From Spizellomyces punctatus DAOM BR117 (taxonomy: Eukaryota), in assembly GCA_000182565.2 (NCBI GenBank), contig KQ257451.1: DNA of 64,000 nt, one strand, 5' to 3'. Shown piece after piece: positions 12,901-24,796 of the stretch. The notes under the pieces were generated by a model. That model did no database searches, had not been told where the DNA came from, and saw nothing but the letters and a program-made list of their open reading frames with translations. Numbering within the stretch: position 1 is the first letter of the stretch; every line of letters begins with the position of its first letter. The translations under genes and the position numbers were made by a program.

Positions 12901-15900
12901 ACTGGTGCACAGCTTTATGGATCAGTTTGCCAGCTTTCGGAATTCCAGCCAATTCACCCAGCTCCTGCGGGTTCAGATCATAATACCGTTCCCAAGGGAA
13001 CTCTTTCCTCTCGAGCCGCTTGATCACGTCCGGAGGAAATCCTCGCACCTGTCGCAAAGGACTCATGGACAGCCACATCCTCTTATCAACCATCTTGCAC
13101 AAATCAAGAGCTTTTCGGGAGAGCTGCGCCCATCCACGCTTCAAGCATATCTCAAAGATGGCCCGCAAGATACGCCCAGCACTTTGAGTGACGTATACCA
13201 TGTCGCTCATCAGTGCGAATCCTTCCAACTTGAGTTGTGATATATAGGCTTGGAGGAGAGTGTTGATTTTGGCCGTTGGCTCTTCAATACTTTCCTTGAC
13301 AGGAATTGGTACACGTTCTAGCATTTTGGCCAACTCGAGTTTTTCTTCTTCTCGCACCGGGATGTACTTGAACTCATTAGACAGAGCGAAAGCCCTGAAC
13401 AGATCCACTAATGTCATCGTCGGTTTTAGATGCTGGTTGTAGGTGGCCATAGAGTGATGGCTGATATAGTAATGCGAGGCAATGCGTCCCAGTTCGGTAA
13501 CCTGAAACTTGCCCGTTTTCTTATCGTACTTGATCAGATTGCATTTGTCCAGCACGGTTGCCGCACTATGGATCAGATCCACGCGTTTCTGGACCAGGTA
13601 CGGATCTTCTTCTAATTCATCTGGGCCTACGCCGTACAAGGCGCCATTACGCAACATCCGAACGTAGAGGTAGGTATATCCCAACCACTGGACAGCTTCA
13701 TCCCGATTGCGAACTGTGCCCAGCACTATCTCCGCATTCAAATTGTCCGCCAACTTGCTTATATACTGGGACTCGATGGGTAACTGTTGATTGAGCAACG
13801 ACAGGTAATACTGCAATTCGCTGTGCGTTGTAATAATGATACCTTCACCATTGGTATCAAATTGAGGCCGACCGGCACGTCCCAGCATTTGCAACACGTC
13901 CTGAGGGCTGAGTTCGACCCAGCGACCCTTCTCTGGATTGTACACCTGTGTGCCCTTAATGATGACCGTGTGGGCAGGCAAATTGACACCCCAAGCCAAG
14001 GTCGCGGTGGAGACCAGTACTTGAATGTGACCATCTCCGAACAGGTCTTCCACGAGGGTACGATCGGCACGCGACATACCAGCGTGATGGATAGCAAAAC
14101 CGTACGGAAGAACGTCCTGCAAATCGGCATTCTTGACGGTAGCAGCTTCAGTCTGCAAAATCTCCCGACTGGCCGCATCCAATCGAAGGATCTGGCCAAT
14201 GGTATCTTTCTCAATCGCCATGTCCCGAATGGCCTTTGCAGTCTTGGCTGTTTCTTTCCGGGAATGGCAGAAGACGAGTACTTGATTCTTTCCGGCCTCC
14301 TCCATGATCTTTTCATATGCGATTTCGTTCATGAGTTGAAACCGCTTGATGGCCTTCTTTTCAGTGATACCAATGTATTGCTGTTTGAGCGGAGCCGGCC
14401 GGAAGCTATTGTCAAAAAAGAACAAGCCTTTTTCCTGATCAACGCGCATGAAGTTGGCGACATCCTGGTAATTTGGAAGGGTGGCACTAAGACCAACAAG
14501 GCGGACCATCTCTTGTGTTTGTTGAATCTGGCGGATGGTCCTGCTAATGATGCTCTCGAGAACTGGACCACGTTCATCGTGAAGGAGATGGATTTCGTCT
14601 ATGATGAGAAGACGCACGAGCTTGGTGTATGACCGATCGGTAGCCTTCCGGGTGGTGATATCCCACTTTTCGGGGGTGGTCACAATGATCTGCGTCTCAG
14701 CAATCTGTTGCTTGGTGAGCTGTCGATCACCCGTCAATTCCGCAACCGTAATACCAAATTTGTTGAGACGACTCGAGAAGTTGCCAACCATTTCCGCCAC
14801 CAGGGCCTTCATGGGGGCAATGTAGATAATCTTGAAGGCATCCAACGCGATTTGCCCTGTCGCCTCGTTCCTGTATTTGCCCACCTCGCGTAGAATGGCA
14901 AGCATGGCACAGTTAGTCTTGCCGGCCCCGGTCGGGGCGCAAATAAGCATGTTGTCATCGGAATTGAAAGCAGTAGGGTAAATGCGACTCTGAATCCTGT
15001 TGAGCGATTTTGCGCCAGCAAAACCGCCCTGTGCCCACTCAGGAAGATCACTGATCGGTACCAGAGTTTCGTCCTCTCTCATAGGCGTCGCCTTTGGAGC
15101 TGGTACGTGCACCTCTTGGTACCCTTTCTTGTCCCGCTTGAACGTTCCTTGCGGAAGTGTGCACTTTTTGTTTGACATCAAGTGCCCACCCTGCTGGAAG
15201 GCCAAGGAATCGAGGTCAATATTCGCTTTCGGTGTAACGACAGCAGCTGCTGGTGCAGGTTTCTTTAGATCGAACTGAATAGGACCACCCGTAACCGGCT
15301 GTTTCTCGTCGATATCCATCTCAACGACACCACGACGATTTTTGTCGACGTCCTTGCGCGTCGGAGCCACGCGAAGCTGGTCGAGAATGTGATGATATCC
15401 TTGCTCCTGCATCCCAGCCTCAATCTTCTCACGCTCTTCCGATGACCCTGCCTTTGCAAGTCTTGTACACCACACAATGATGTCTCTGTTACGGGTCAAA
15501 AGCTTCACAAGGTCAAATTTATCGTAATCGAAAAGTCCCATCAACTCGTTTTCACAATCTCTGACGTTAGCAGTCGATGATAAGATTTCAAATGCCGAAG
15601 CAGTTTTCGATTGTGCTGTATGAGCATCGGGATATTGTGCGGCGATAGTACGCTGAAGCCAGAAAGCATCGATATCGTGGGGCTTGACGACGGGTGCACC
15701 TGCTCCAGCAGCGAACGGATCAGCTGTCCCCCTCTTTCCTCGTCCAGCAGGGATCACGTCTGTAAATTCATCCACGTCTTCACCCTCATCGTCTTCGTCA
15801 TCAGCTCCCACCGCCTTCAACACATTGTCCGTTTCGGCTTCTTGTCCTTCATCCTCCGAGTCCTCATCCTCCTTCACCTCAAATTCATCATCACTACCCT

Positions 15901-16597
15901 CCTCTTCATCCTCCTCCTCATCGAAAACAACTGCCACGCCATAGTCTTCGTCAAGACCTTCCCTCCCAGCGCCACCTTCTCCATCCTGCCCTTCTTCTTC
16001 TCCTGGGCGGAAATCTGTGATGCGCTTGCCCAAGTTGACAAGTTGGGCGAATTTGTCCGAGGAGACTTGCACCCCCACAAGCTCCTCGATCTCCTTCTTC
16101 TTGTCAAAATCCTTCTTCGTGTCATCCTTTAACACCGACAGTGCTTCGTTGGCAGCACCCCTCAAGACATCTTGCGGAATATCGCCCAAAATTTGCTGGA
16201 AAAATGACAACATCAATTCAAATGTTTGCCGAGTTTCCTTTGTTCGCGGACGGTACACTTCTCCCTCAAAATCCTCAGTCGCAGCCAAAATACTTCCATG
16301 ACCAAACCCCTTCAAATCTTTCTCACGCTTTGCTCGCTTGCTGGCCCGCTCTGCACCACTCCTTTTCATCTTCTCCGCTTTTTCGCGGCGTCGCTTTTCC
16401 ACCTTTTCTTTTTGCTCCTGAATACTTCGCTGGGCACGATCTCCCATCTTTCGGATATCGACTCGTCCCCATAGCGTTTCGGGTTCTCCAGATGGCTCCT
16501 GATCACGGCGGGGCAGAGCAGACCTGTCTGCTTGGAGAACCAGATTACTGTTGGCAGTGTACTGGTACTGCTGTGCCCGTTGGACGTCTTCAGCCAT
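9989..16597 (-). CDS. BRR2: U5 snRNP 200 kDa RNA helicase Brr2, single exon, 2202 aa
   Basis: N-terminal [16 protein letters not shown], two Ski2-type helicase cassettes ([12 protein letters not shown] and [12 protein letters not shown]), two Sec63 domains. Confidence 0.98.
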   Translation of the reverse strand: MAEDVQRAQQYQYTANSNLVLQADRSALPRRDQEPSGEPETLWGRVDIRKMGDRAQRSIQEQKEKVEKRRREKAEKMKRSGAERASKRAKREKDLKGFGHGSILAATEDFEGEVYRPRTKETRQTFELMLSFFQQILGDIPQDVLRGAANEALSVLKDDTKKDFDKKKEIEELVGVQVSSDKFAQLVNLGKRITDFRPGEEEGQDGEGGAGREGLDEDYGVAVVFDEEEDEEEGSDDEFEVKEDEDSEDEGQEAETDNVLKAVGADDEDDEGEDVDEFTDVIPAGRGKRGTADPFAAGAGAPVVKPHDIDAFWLQRTIAAQYPDAHTAQSKTASAFEILSSTANVRDCENELMGLFDYDKFDLVKLLTRNRDIIVWCTRLAKAGSSEEREKIEAGMQEQGYHHILDQLRVAPTRKDVDKNRRGVVEMDIDEKQPVTGGPIQFDLKKPAPAAAVVTPKANIDLDSLAFQQGGHLMSNKKCTLPQGTFKRDKKGYQEVHVPAPKATPMREDETLVPISDLPEWAQGGFAGAKSLNRIQSRIYPTAFNSDDNMLICAPTGAGKTNCAMLAILREVGKYRNEATGQIALDAFKIIYIAPMKALVAEMVGNFSSRLNKFGITVAELTGDRQLTKQQIAETQIIVTTPEKWDITTRKATDRSYTKLVRLLIIDEIHLLHDERGPVLESIISRTIRQIQQTQEMVRLVGLSATLPNYQDVANFMRVDQEKGLFFFDNSFRPAPLKQQYIGITEKKAIKRFQLMNEIAYEKIMEEAGKNQVLVFCHSRKETAKTAKAIRDMAIEKDTIGQILRLDAASREILQTEAATVKNADLQDVLPYGFAIHHAGMSRADRTLVEDLFGDGHIQVLVSTATLAWGVNLPAHTVIIKGTQVYNPEKGRWVELSPQDVLQMLGRAGRPQFDTNGEGIIITTHSELQYYLSLLNQQLPIESQYISKLADNLNAEIVLGTVRNRDEAVQWLGYTYLYVRMLRNGALYGVGPDELEEDPYLVQKRVDLIHSAATVLDKCNLIKYDKKTGKFQVTELGRIASHYYISHHSMATYNQHLKPTMTLVDLFRAFALSNEFKYIPVREEEKLELAKMLERVPIPVKESIEEPTAKINTLLQAYISQLKLEGFALMSDMVYVTQSAGRILRAIFEICLKRGWAQLSRKALDLCKMVDKRMWLSMSPLRQVRGFPPDVIKRLERKEFPWERYYDLNPQELGELAGIPKAGKLIHKAVHQFPKLELQAHVQPITRSMLRLELTITPDFQFDEKISNGGAEAFWVLVEDVDSEMILYHDIFVLKQRYAEEDHHVTFTVPLYEPLPPNYYVSIVSDRWLHCETRLPVSFKHLILPEKYPPHTELLDLQPLPVSALKNREFEAIYQDYRHFNPIQTQVFNTLYQTDDNVFIGAPTGSGKTICVEFALLRLWAVNPTARCVYIAPFDEVVEVKMSEWKAKFGSLLGGKNIVALTGETTADLKLLETGDIVFATPQKWDMLSRRWKQRKNVQTVGLFIADEVHLIGGDIGPTLEVIVSRMRYISVQTENKIRIVALGTSLANARDLGEWIGATSQSIYNFKPNVRPVPLEIHIQGYSVPHFASMMVAMTKPTYLAVTQLAPGKPSIVYVPSRKQARLTAVDLLTLAMAEGEEKKFLHCSDEDIAPYLDKVQDKALVQTMQYGVAFFHEALSKNDKRIIEHLFDTGAVQVVVASKDTYWGMKMRSHLVVIMGTQYYEGKEHRYADFPITDVLQMMGRATRPTSGETGRCVLMCQSVKKDFYKKFLYEALPVESHLDHFLHDHFNAEIVTKTIENKQDAVDYLTWTFLYRRMSLNPNYYNLQGVTHRHLSDHLSELVETTLDELATSKCIAVEEDDVTPLNLGMIAAYYYINYVTIEVFSMSLNPKTKIRGLLQIIAAAAEFEDVPIRHHEDQVLKRIYERLPVKVDTPNYNDPHFKTNILLQAHFSRVQLPPDLESDQKAILAKVVRLIQACVDVISSNGWLAPCLAAMDLSQMVVQAVWDRDSPLRQVPHFNADIIARLTKAGVEGVFDIMEMEDEDRNQALQLDGKRMADVARFVNRYPNVDISYDISDRQVRQGEAVTIKVVMEREMDEDEADTAVGPVIAPYYPTKKDEGWWVVVGDAQDKTLLAIKRTTLQKRGQVKLDFVAPENKLGKLECRLYFMCDAYVGVDQEYEFELEVLEGNGGDESGSGSDMEE

Positions 16598-17030
16598 GAT
16601 GAGAGGCGATCAGGTGGTAAATGGGATGATGTTTTGTATCAGTTGCTTTCCTGACGAGTGAAGAGAGCCCTGGCCCAAATGATGGGGCGGGAAAGGTATA
16701 AGGCAGTCGATTGGATGAAACCCCCTCGGCTGACCAGCAGATAGTCACAAACTTCTAGGGGACCACAGAGAATAAGGCCTTAAACTTCAAACAGGTATCG
16801 ATGGAAGTTAATTTTGAAGTACCTTTGGAGCGAAATGTTTCGTAAAAAGAAACAAGAAACAGCAGTCCAATGATCCCCCTCCCTTTGCAGCACGACCTCG
16901 TCATACACTGGGAGCGCAGTTGGCCGATCTCAGTGCTTGTCGTTGCTATGGCATTACTTGTTGCTATGGTTACCACTTGGATGACCAAATCAGAGTGGAC
17001 CATCTGTTTGTCCTCGAGTTTGCCAAAGAA

Positions 17031-18035
17031 ATGCCACAACCAAAAACACATTCCAAACCTCCACCGCCCAAAAAGAAGAAGCCACCAAAGCAACCTGCAA
17101 ATAATCAACACAAGCGCTCCTCTACTTCCAAACTCCAGGAACAAGAAGCGGACCCAGACACGAACCTCCTTATCACTATCCAGACAGATCTGCTCAAGAC
17201 TAACCCCGAACAAGCCGTCGTCAACCTCATTCAAAGTGCCCTCAACACACATACAACAGATCCGTCTTTCCAAACCCACCTCCGAACCATAAAACAACTG
17301 TTCTATAACCGCCAGTACACGGATATCTTTACCAACCCCGCTCTGCTTCCCGTTTATGCCGCTGAGTATATCCCGGGCAGAGCACTATGCTACCGTCGGC
17401 TGTTTGTGGAAACCAAGGTGTTGCGAGATGTGCTGTGTGCGCAGGACGCACTTGTGCATTGTTTGGGAGCAGGAAATGGGAGTGAAGTCGTGGGAATTGC
17501 GAGTGCCATGGTGGGATTGCAAGAATGGATAAAGTGCAAAAATGAAGCATCGTACGAACCGAGAGTAACAGTTCACTGCCAAGATTTATCCAATTATGGC
17601 ACCGTCCTCCCTTGTCTTGAAGCTGCGATCCGCGAAGCATACCAATTACCATCCTCCTACCTAACCATCGAGTCCTCCACATCAAACCTTTTAGATGCAT
17701 CCGCGCCTCTGCCACCCGCAACCCTAACAACAGCTCTCTTTGTCCTCAACGAACTCCTAGCAACCTCTAAACGCGGCTTCGTAGCCTTCATATCCAGGCT
17801 CGTTCAAAGCATCCCCCAAGGCGGCCTGCTACTCGTCGTTGATTCTGCTGGTTCTTTTTCGGAATGCACAGTAGGAAAGGGTGAGTACATGGTGTACCAC
17901 CTCCTGGATGCCGTCAAGGAATTTGAGGTCCTCATCAAAGAGGATGCAGTGTGGTATAGATGTGATCCGGGTTTGGTCTATCCGCTTAGACTAAATCATA
18001 TGCGGTATTTTTTGAGGGTATATAGACGGAGATGA
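17031..18035 (+). CDS. BMT6: Putative 25S rRNA uridine-N3 methyltransferase, Bmt6-like; single exon
   Basis: IKQLFYNRQYTDIF...LPVYAAEYIPGRALCY, SAM motif CLGAGNGSE, LFVLNEL, LLVVDSAGSFS, LNHMRYFLRVY; first in-frame ATG at 17031 (the track's 16920 start is TTG). Confidence 0.78.
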   Translation: MPQPKTHSKPPPPKKKKPPKQPANNQHKRSSTSKLQEQEADPDTNLLITIQTDLLKTNPEQAVVNLIQSALNTHTTDPSFQTHLRTIKQLFYNRQYTDIFTNPALLPVYAAEYIPGRALCYRRLFVETKVLRDVLCAQDALVHCLGAGNGSEVVGIASAMVGLQEWIKCKNEASYEPRVTVHCQDLSNYGTVLPCLEAAIREAYQLPSSYLTIESSTSNLLDASAPLPPATLTTALFVLNELLATSKRGFVAFISRLVQSIPQGGLLLVVDSAGSFSECTVGKGEYMVYHLLDAVKEFEVLIKEDAVWYRCDPGLVYPLRLNHMRYFLRVYRRR

Positions 18036-18220
18036 GGTGGAACGCTCCAATGCATGAATATTATTAATAGACAGCTACAATGAGGCTGTTGAAAGATCAA
18101 AGCCTGATGGAATGGATCATGGCCAACGACGTCCTAATGCACATCACGCACGAGGCTGGCTGCATAGGAGCTCAAGTCTGCTAAGTGATATATTGCAAAT
18201 AATTTCTTATCGTATAACCA

Positions 18221-18292
18221 TCCGCATTGGTCCAGTGGTTAGGATCCCGCGCTTTCACCGCGGTGGCCGGGGTTCGATTCCCCGATGCGGAG
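18221..18292 (+). tRNA. tRNA-Glu, anticodon TTC
   Basis: TCCGCAT/ATGCGGA acceptor stem, anticodon arm CCGCG-CTTTCAC-CGCGG, T-arm CGGGG-TTCGATT-CCCCG; T7 terminator at about 18312. Confidence 0.97.
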
Positions 18293-18413
18293 TTAGCAAA
18301 TTGGAGCAAAGTTTTTTTGCAGTTCTTCAATTATGTATGGTGTCTTAACTGAATCCTCTTATACTTTGATGCACGGTGTCCAGTCGTTGTAAAATGGAAT
18401 TCTTGTACTTACG

Positions 18414-18630
18414 AAAAAAAAAAAAAAAAGTTGGAAAGTAGTGCAAACTGCGATACCCGCCGAAGGAGACCGGCGTGATTGTGCGGCAAGCCAACAGGAT
18501 CTGTTGAAAGATCACACAAAGATGATCAGTCCCGTTCGGACAAAGGGTGATCGAGTAGCATCCTACGCCGATGCTACAGTCTTTGTAGATTTCAACACTG
18601 TCGCCATAACCGTGACCAGATAGAATCAGA
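18414..18630 (-). ncRNA. Candidate structured non-coding RNA of unknown family (long stem, three-way junction, 3' hairpin, T16 tract)
   Basis: Nested inverted repeats 18502-18509/18590-18597, 18516-18522/18580-18586, 18555-18562/18570-18577, 18524-18528/18548-18552, 18458-18462/18471-18475; outer pairs are G-U only on the minus strand; A16 at 18414-18429 reads as a 3' T-run on minus. Confidence 0.4.
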
Positions 18631-18893
18631 AAAAGAGAGTATGTGTTTTGATCGATGCAATTGGATAGTTCTCGGATGATGGACGGTTTGTATTGTTGGT
18701 GATGGACCTTTTTCAAAAACCGTGATTTCACACAACTCTTTTTCAAACAAACAAACGAATATATCTTCCACGCTGACCCGAAAACGTACAAATAAACTAA
18801 CGACAATACTCTTGTACATCCGATCATCGCCCTTCCCATTCCGGGCATAGGGTTCAAATGTACATCCTACCCACACAGCCCAAAATGCACATC

Positions 18894-19602
18894 TTACGCC
18901 TCCTGCCGCTCCTCCTCATCCAACACATCCAAACAAACCTTTGCAACCTCGACCCCTCGAACAGCAGCCCGCTCAAACCATCGTCGTGCTTCCGCGACAT
19001 CCCGACGGACTCCAACACCCTCCCAAAGTATTCTGCCCAAATTACACATGGCCTCCCCATGTCCTTTTCCTGCTGCCCGTCGTAGCCATTCGACCGCTTT
19101 GGACATGTCGCGAGGGACGCCTACGCCTGCGGCATAGGATACACCTAGATTGCATTGTGCTGGGGCGTAGCCTTGTTCGGCTGCAAGGGTATAATAGTGA
19201 GCTGCGAGGGTGTGGTTCGGTTCATGATCGGGTGTTAGTCCTTGTGTGTACAGGACGCCAAGGGCATATTGAGATGGGGCGTGATGGGGGAGGGAAGCAA
19301 AGGTGCGAAAAGCAACTGGAATGTTGCCATTGGTTGCGGCTTGGAGGGCAGCGTTGTAAGGTTTGGGTGGTGTAGGGAGTGAAGGAGTATTTGGGATGGA
19401 TTTAGGAATGTTGGTTTGGACGGCGGTTTCGGGAAAGATGTTCTCGGGTATCTAAAAAAGAAACATTTGTGTTAGATGTTTCTTTCAATATTTTCATGAC
19501 GAGATCCGAAATCAATATACGTACGCTCATTCGTTTCTTTCTTAGCCCGCCAAATCCCAACCGCCTTTTGGATCCAAAACTCTCGGTCATGTCAAAACTC
19601 AT
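18894..19602 (-). CDS. Small Sel1-like repeat (SLR) protein, two exons (19602-19525 and 19451-18894; alternative ATG at 19590)
   Basis: Three Sel1 repeats: SQYALGVLYTQG...YYTLAAEQG, AQCNLGVSYAAGVGVPRDMSKAVEWLRRAAGKG, AMCNLGRILWEGVGVRRDVAEARRWFERAA; GTACGT...CTAAC...TAG intron 19524-19452 joins in frame. Confidence 0.85.
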
Positions 19603-19662
19603 CTGTTTTTTATTGCAACTTTGTTTTGGTTTTTGCAGCAGATCTACCCAAACGAGATGTCC

Positions 19663-19672
19663 TTTATATATA
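19663..19672 (-). promoter_or_regulatory. TATA box of the Sel1-repeat gene
   Basis: TATATATAAA on the minus strand about 60 nt upstream of the ATG. Confidence 0.55.
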
Positions 19673-21298
19673 GCCCTCATGGCCAAGATCATGACATAAA
19701 CACGTGCAATGAGCCCGACCCGCGCTGCCCTTGGTGCGTAAACTATCAGCAAAAAAAAGGCCATGCGGCTTGCGTAGCTCAAGGGCCAGCCCTCTCCGTC
19801 TGGGGGCAGACTGCCTCCGAGATCGATTATGGAAAGGATTCGGCGGGGTTGCGGGGGTGTTGGCATGGCATGACGTTTGCTAGTGAGTTTGGTTTGCAAA
19901 TGTTGGACATGTCGTCACAGCAAGAATGAATTTTGACAAAAGCGAAATGTTCTTTTTTTTTTATTAATAAATAACCTTGGTCATCAAGTGCGTCCAGTAT
20001 GGGTTGCAAAAAAGGGAAAACCTCCCTTCCAGTTTTTCTGGTTAGGTACATAGGAACGGGCTTTTTGCGTATTCGTGTTGCCCAACTAAAAAGAACACTC
20101 TCAACGTCATACTTTCATCCGAATGCCCGCTTCAGAATAAAAACACATTTCCAAATTCAATTGCCCAAAGGAGAGTCCACAAAACACTTGCACAAAATGT
20201 CCCCCAACAACGCACAAGAGAACATTTCCCCCTTTAATTCATCCATAGAAGGCTTTCCTTGCTGTTTTCGTTCATCAGTGTTCAAATAAACCAACTTTCA
20301 CAAACCCCCACATGCTTAAATTGCATTTGTTGTTCATCTTATGACTCTTGATACATATCGGGCTGGTCCCCGTTTTGCCCCCATCTTCTCCACATTCTGC
20401 ACTCCAGTTCTGCGCCCTATACCAGCCCATACGCAAACGATCGCACGAAACCTGAACCATTATTCCTCCGAAATCGCTCGGCGGGATCAAGGGACAACGG
20501 GATGAGCGTGCAGTAGGGCTTGTTAGGGATGATGATCCGTGGGCCATCGAACGGTACCATTTTTACTTGGGCTAAACTTTCAATGTTGGCCAGCCCAACA
20601 AGCTGAAAGCCCACACAAAAGATATGTTTGAAAGGCATGATTGGTCATGCTTGAAATGTTTCAAAAAAAAAGCCGTACTTGATCCTCTGAATGTCACTTG
20701 ACTAGAGTATTCAAGATGGCTTGGAACGGGACGGTACTTTGGGGTAATGTAGCATTTAAACACAGCTGAGCAGATTAACAATTATTCCTTCCTCAAGATT
20801 CGCCTGCGCGAGCGCTAATTCATGCAACACGTTGGATGAGCAAGACTGCATGTTACTCCGTACGGGGTATAACTGAAGGAGGTAGAGGTTGGTAGGGCGG
20901 TGGGGCTTGTTGCCTCGACACTCCATGGGGGCGGAAAGCATGGCAGCCATTGTGGCTAGATGGTAGCTCAAAAAGCCCCATGCCAGCCTGTGGCTTGGTG
21001 ATCAACGTGTGGAAATCCTCGTACCAGGCCGACAGCGTAAAACAGTGGTAAAAAGCTAGCCTATTGTCTATTACGTGCGTTTTGTATGTTGGATAGGCCT
21101 TACAACCTCCAATCCAAATGAAATCCTACAAACGGTATCCTCACTACATCAATCTGACAAAACCACAGCCCAATCATCCCGGCGACATAAATACAAAAAT
21201 AAAAAAATGAAGGGTATGCCACAGGCACCTTCAGCATGCATGTGCCAACCCCGCGAGCATGCACGCACAAGGGCACCTTCATGCAAGGACGTGGTCCC

Positions 21299-23665
21299 TT
21301 ACTGCTTGCCCGCAGCGTACATGGCATCAATCTCTTGCTTGTGAAGTTCAACAATTTCCTTGCGCTTGAGTTTTTGCGCGGCAGTCTAAAACATTGTGAC
21401 ATCAGTTGAGCCCACTACTTATCGCAAATGATCACAAACGTGCAAGGGTTGACTCACCAAGAATCCATTCTCGGGCGTCCACAACTCATGAGCCAAGACA
21501 ATGTTACCCAAAATCTCTGCGGGCTTAAAGTCAGCCTTCTTGGCGACACTTCGTAAGTTACTCAACACGGCAGACACAATCTGCTTGTTCTTGCACAAGT
21601 CCTCGAGTTCAACGTGGTGCACACCGTCGACAATGCCTTTTTCCTGGGCCAGCTGGACAATCTCCTTTTCGATAGGGTTGATGATGGCGACAGCGAATCC
21701 TTGCTCCGAGTCACCATACACGCAGATATTGGCAACATACGGCGACATTTTGTATTGTGATTCGAGTTTCTCAAGAGCAATGTATTCTCCATTCGAGAGT
21801 TTGACGAGGTTCTTTTTACGGTCAATAATGGCAAGGGTGCCATCAGGATGGAACTCGCCGATATCTCCGGTCATAAGCCAGCCGTCTTCGGTCAGAGTTT
21901 CGGCAGTTGCTTTTGGGTTCTTGTAGTAACCTTTCATGACTGAGGGACCGCGGATCCAGATTTCTCCTTGAGGACGAGGACGGTTGTTCGGCGAGTACTT
22001 TGTGTCCTCGACAGCGACCAGCTGGATTTCGACACTGCCCGAAGGCGGGCCCACACGGCCAAGCATCCATGGGTCAGTGGGAAGCTGGATGGCGGTAGCA
22101 CTAAACAATGGTGAGCGTTGCAACCAAGGTAACACCGACAACATTAATCTACTCACGCGCAGGTCTCTGTCATTCCGTAACCTTGGATGATAGTGGTCAC
22201 ACATGTTGTCATGAACCGCTGGGTCTCCTTGGGCATAGGCGCACCACCTGATAAGGCAACCCGCAATCGCCCACCGGTCTGGTCCTTGATGGGCTTGAAC
22301 ACGGTATTGTCAAGGAAGCCGGTAGGGAGACCGTGCTTCAAGAGTTGCCACTTGAGGGTACAGGCAAGGTCAAAAATCTTTCTCTTCGTTGGAGACGCAT
22401 CTTTGAGTTTGGTGGCAACGCCCTTGCGAATGCTGTGACGGTCATTAGCCTGTAGGTCCCTTTTAACCAAAATGATCCAATAGTACTCACGTCTCCCAAA
22501 CGGCAGGTACACCAGTCATAATAGTAGGACGCAATTCGCGGAGATCACCACGGCAGTTGCGGACGGATGCATCGGTGAGCGTGCGCACGCTTCCGTAGCC
22601 AATGCAGACACCTTCTCCGAGGGCAAGTTGCTCAACGAGCAGTTCGAGAACGTGAGCCAAAGGAAGGTAGGCGAGGTAGTACTCTTCCTTTGTGACGACA
22701 AGGTCGGTCACCACCTTTGCCCCAGCGACTACGCGACGATTTAGTAACAGTGTAAGGTTCATGATTATGAAGAAACGCCTACCTCCAGCAATTATGTTCG
22801 CGTGAGTTAACATGACACCCTTAGGGTTTCCAGTAGAACCTGATGTGTACATGATGCAGCAAGTGTCTTCTGGCTTGGGAGGCACGGGGTCTACGGGATG
22901 GTTTCGTCCAAATTCTTGAATTTGGTCCAAGGTGTACAGTTCATAGGAGGGGAAAGCGGATTTGATCTGTTCCAAGAGAGAGGCATCCGCCTGACCATTG
23001 TAAATGATTCTCTTGAGTGTTGTAACCTTGGAGCCAATGCGGAGAAGCATTTTCAAGAGTTCAGCGTTGGTGAACATGGTGGTCACTTCACACTCGTTAA
23101 GGGAGAAGCTGAGGCCCTCTTCACCAAGCGTGTCGTAAGCTGTCGTGATGGTCAAACTCTGAGTCCAGCATCCGTGGGCAACGAGTTGCCAGTCGCGACT
23201 GGTACTGGCAAAGAGAGTCAACTTGTCCCCTGGGTTCAAGCCAATTTTCCTCAAACCCGCACCAATGCGTGTGGTAACTTCCTTGACATCTGTGTACGTC
23301 ATCCAAGAGAAAGGGGAGAGTTCATAAAAGTTCCACTTTTTGGTTTCCTGTACTGGCTGTCCGTCCACCATTTTTGTGACTTGTTTTTCCTCTTGAACCT
23401 GACGGACAATCCTTCGGGCGCCCATGGCACGCTTTTGGCCATTGACTTTAACCGAGTAGTTGAGCAATTCGTAAAGAGTGGTGACACCGGGGTAAGGCTG
23501 GTGAGCGAGGCCATGAAGAGACTTTATGCAGCGACGAGGCTTGCTGCGAGTTGGGGTGGCCGTTCCGACAGTCACGGCGCGAGGCTTTCCGAGACGTGTG
23601 CCAAAGAGGAAGATTGGAAGTGCAAATGAGATGACAATCCACGCGAGCACGGTGATGAGCGCCAT
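21299..23665 (-). CDS. FAA1: Long-chain fatty acyl-CoA synthetase (Faa1/ACSL3-4-like) with N-terminal membrane anchor; multi-exon
   Basis: IMYTSGSTGNPKG, YLPLAHVLE, QGYGMTET, GWLMTGDIGE...IIDRKKNLVKLSNGEYIALEKLE; last exon TAAQKLKRK...GKQ*. Confidence 0.93.
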
Positions 23666-24796
23666 TGTTCAAGGTTTTTATATTTTTTCTGTGTCCCACG
23701 CACAGAGAGAGGGACGAAAGGAGAGAAGAGGTCTATCAGCGATGTTGAGCAACCGATGATGATGAAGATGCTTGGCCGGGGGGTAGCGAGACGGGCAGCA
23801 CCAAGATATAAGCCAGGACAAAACAATACTACGTACCGGTAAAAGTTAAACGCCCTGCGTTGAATCAAAAAGTAAAAGTAAAAAAAAAGCGAACCGCTAA
23901 ATCCACAGCAAAAAAACAGTGTACGGAAGTCCCAATTTCCTTTTGCAATAAATCAAAGCGCTGGAAGACAAATGATGAAAGGGATGGACATGACTTGCAA
24001 GTTTATAAATGTGTTCTAGTTGCCATGTCAACAATCAGCCGCAACCCAAAAGATTTCCCGGCATTTAACACTTTTGAGTGTGCATATTTTGCAACGTTTT
24101 GGACAGCTTCCCCAATGGAATTGGAAACTATAAAATGTGCAGCAAAGCAAAAACAGTGAGGGATATCTCTTGGCGAGAGACTTGGCGACGATAACAACAA
24201 CAAGAGTGCAAAGTGCCACACAAGATTGCAACTCGAGTGCGTAGGAAAAACGCTCAGAATATGCAGTCGTTGGTGGTAATGGGAAACCAGCAATGGGCTG
24301 GAGACACACGTGAGTGAGGACTTTCGAACAGCCAACTTATCGGGCGATGGTAAAAGAAGGGCCATTTGCCCACGTGAGGAAACGACCGAGAAATTCCGCT
24401 CTGCAAAAATAGCGAGAAAATTACGACATGTCTTTAGAGGCACTCCCTGCGACAATAGCGGTTTCTTGATCATGGTCTTCTTGCAACGAGAACGGGACAT
24501 TGAACGAAACCATCTTCACCAGTAAGTCATCCGCAAAAGTCGAATGACATGCAATTCTGGAGGCTGCCATGCCGAGTTCTGCAGCACTCAACATGCACAC
24601 GGAGGTGACTGTCAATCTCTCTAATGGCGCTTCTTTGGTTGCCTTTACACGTGACCCCACCTGATCATATGAGTGGCGTGTTTCATTCATTTATCCAAAT
24701 TTGTACATCATTATCTTAAACTCCCCGCTCTGGACTTGTTTCCGTTTGGCCCCCCCATTCCAACTTGCCCATTGGCGTAGATTGGACAACGACATC

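Noticed and set aside
10160-16599. Many long plus-strand ORFs (up to 281 aa) opposite BRR2
   Set aside because: Antisense shadows of a codon-biased gene; no recognisable motifs. The same applies to ORFs opposite FAA1, PAB1, the arrestin gene and SET3-like
16920-17030. N-terminal extension of the BMT6-like ORF in the track
   Set aside because: Starts at TTG; the first ATG in good context is at 17031
18438-18642. Identification of the structured element as U2, U1, SRP or telomerase RNA
   Set aside because: Has an ATACTCTCTTT start and TTGCACTAC but lacks the GTAGTA branch-pairing sequence, ACTTACCTG, an Sm site, the SRP helix-8 motif and a CTAACCCT template
18345-18876. ORFs of 170, 94 and 60 aa near tRNA-Glu
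   Set aside because: No motifs, odd composition, and the longest runs through a homopolymer tract; better explained as UTR or ncRNA
19700-21290. 1.6-kb gap with several 70-100 aa ORFs
   Set aside because: No domain-like sequence, terminal repeats or convincing fold seen; treated as intergenic/UTR, though a small spliced gene cannot be excluded
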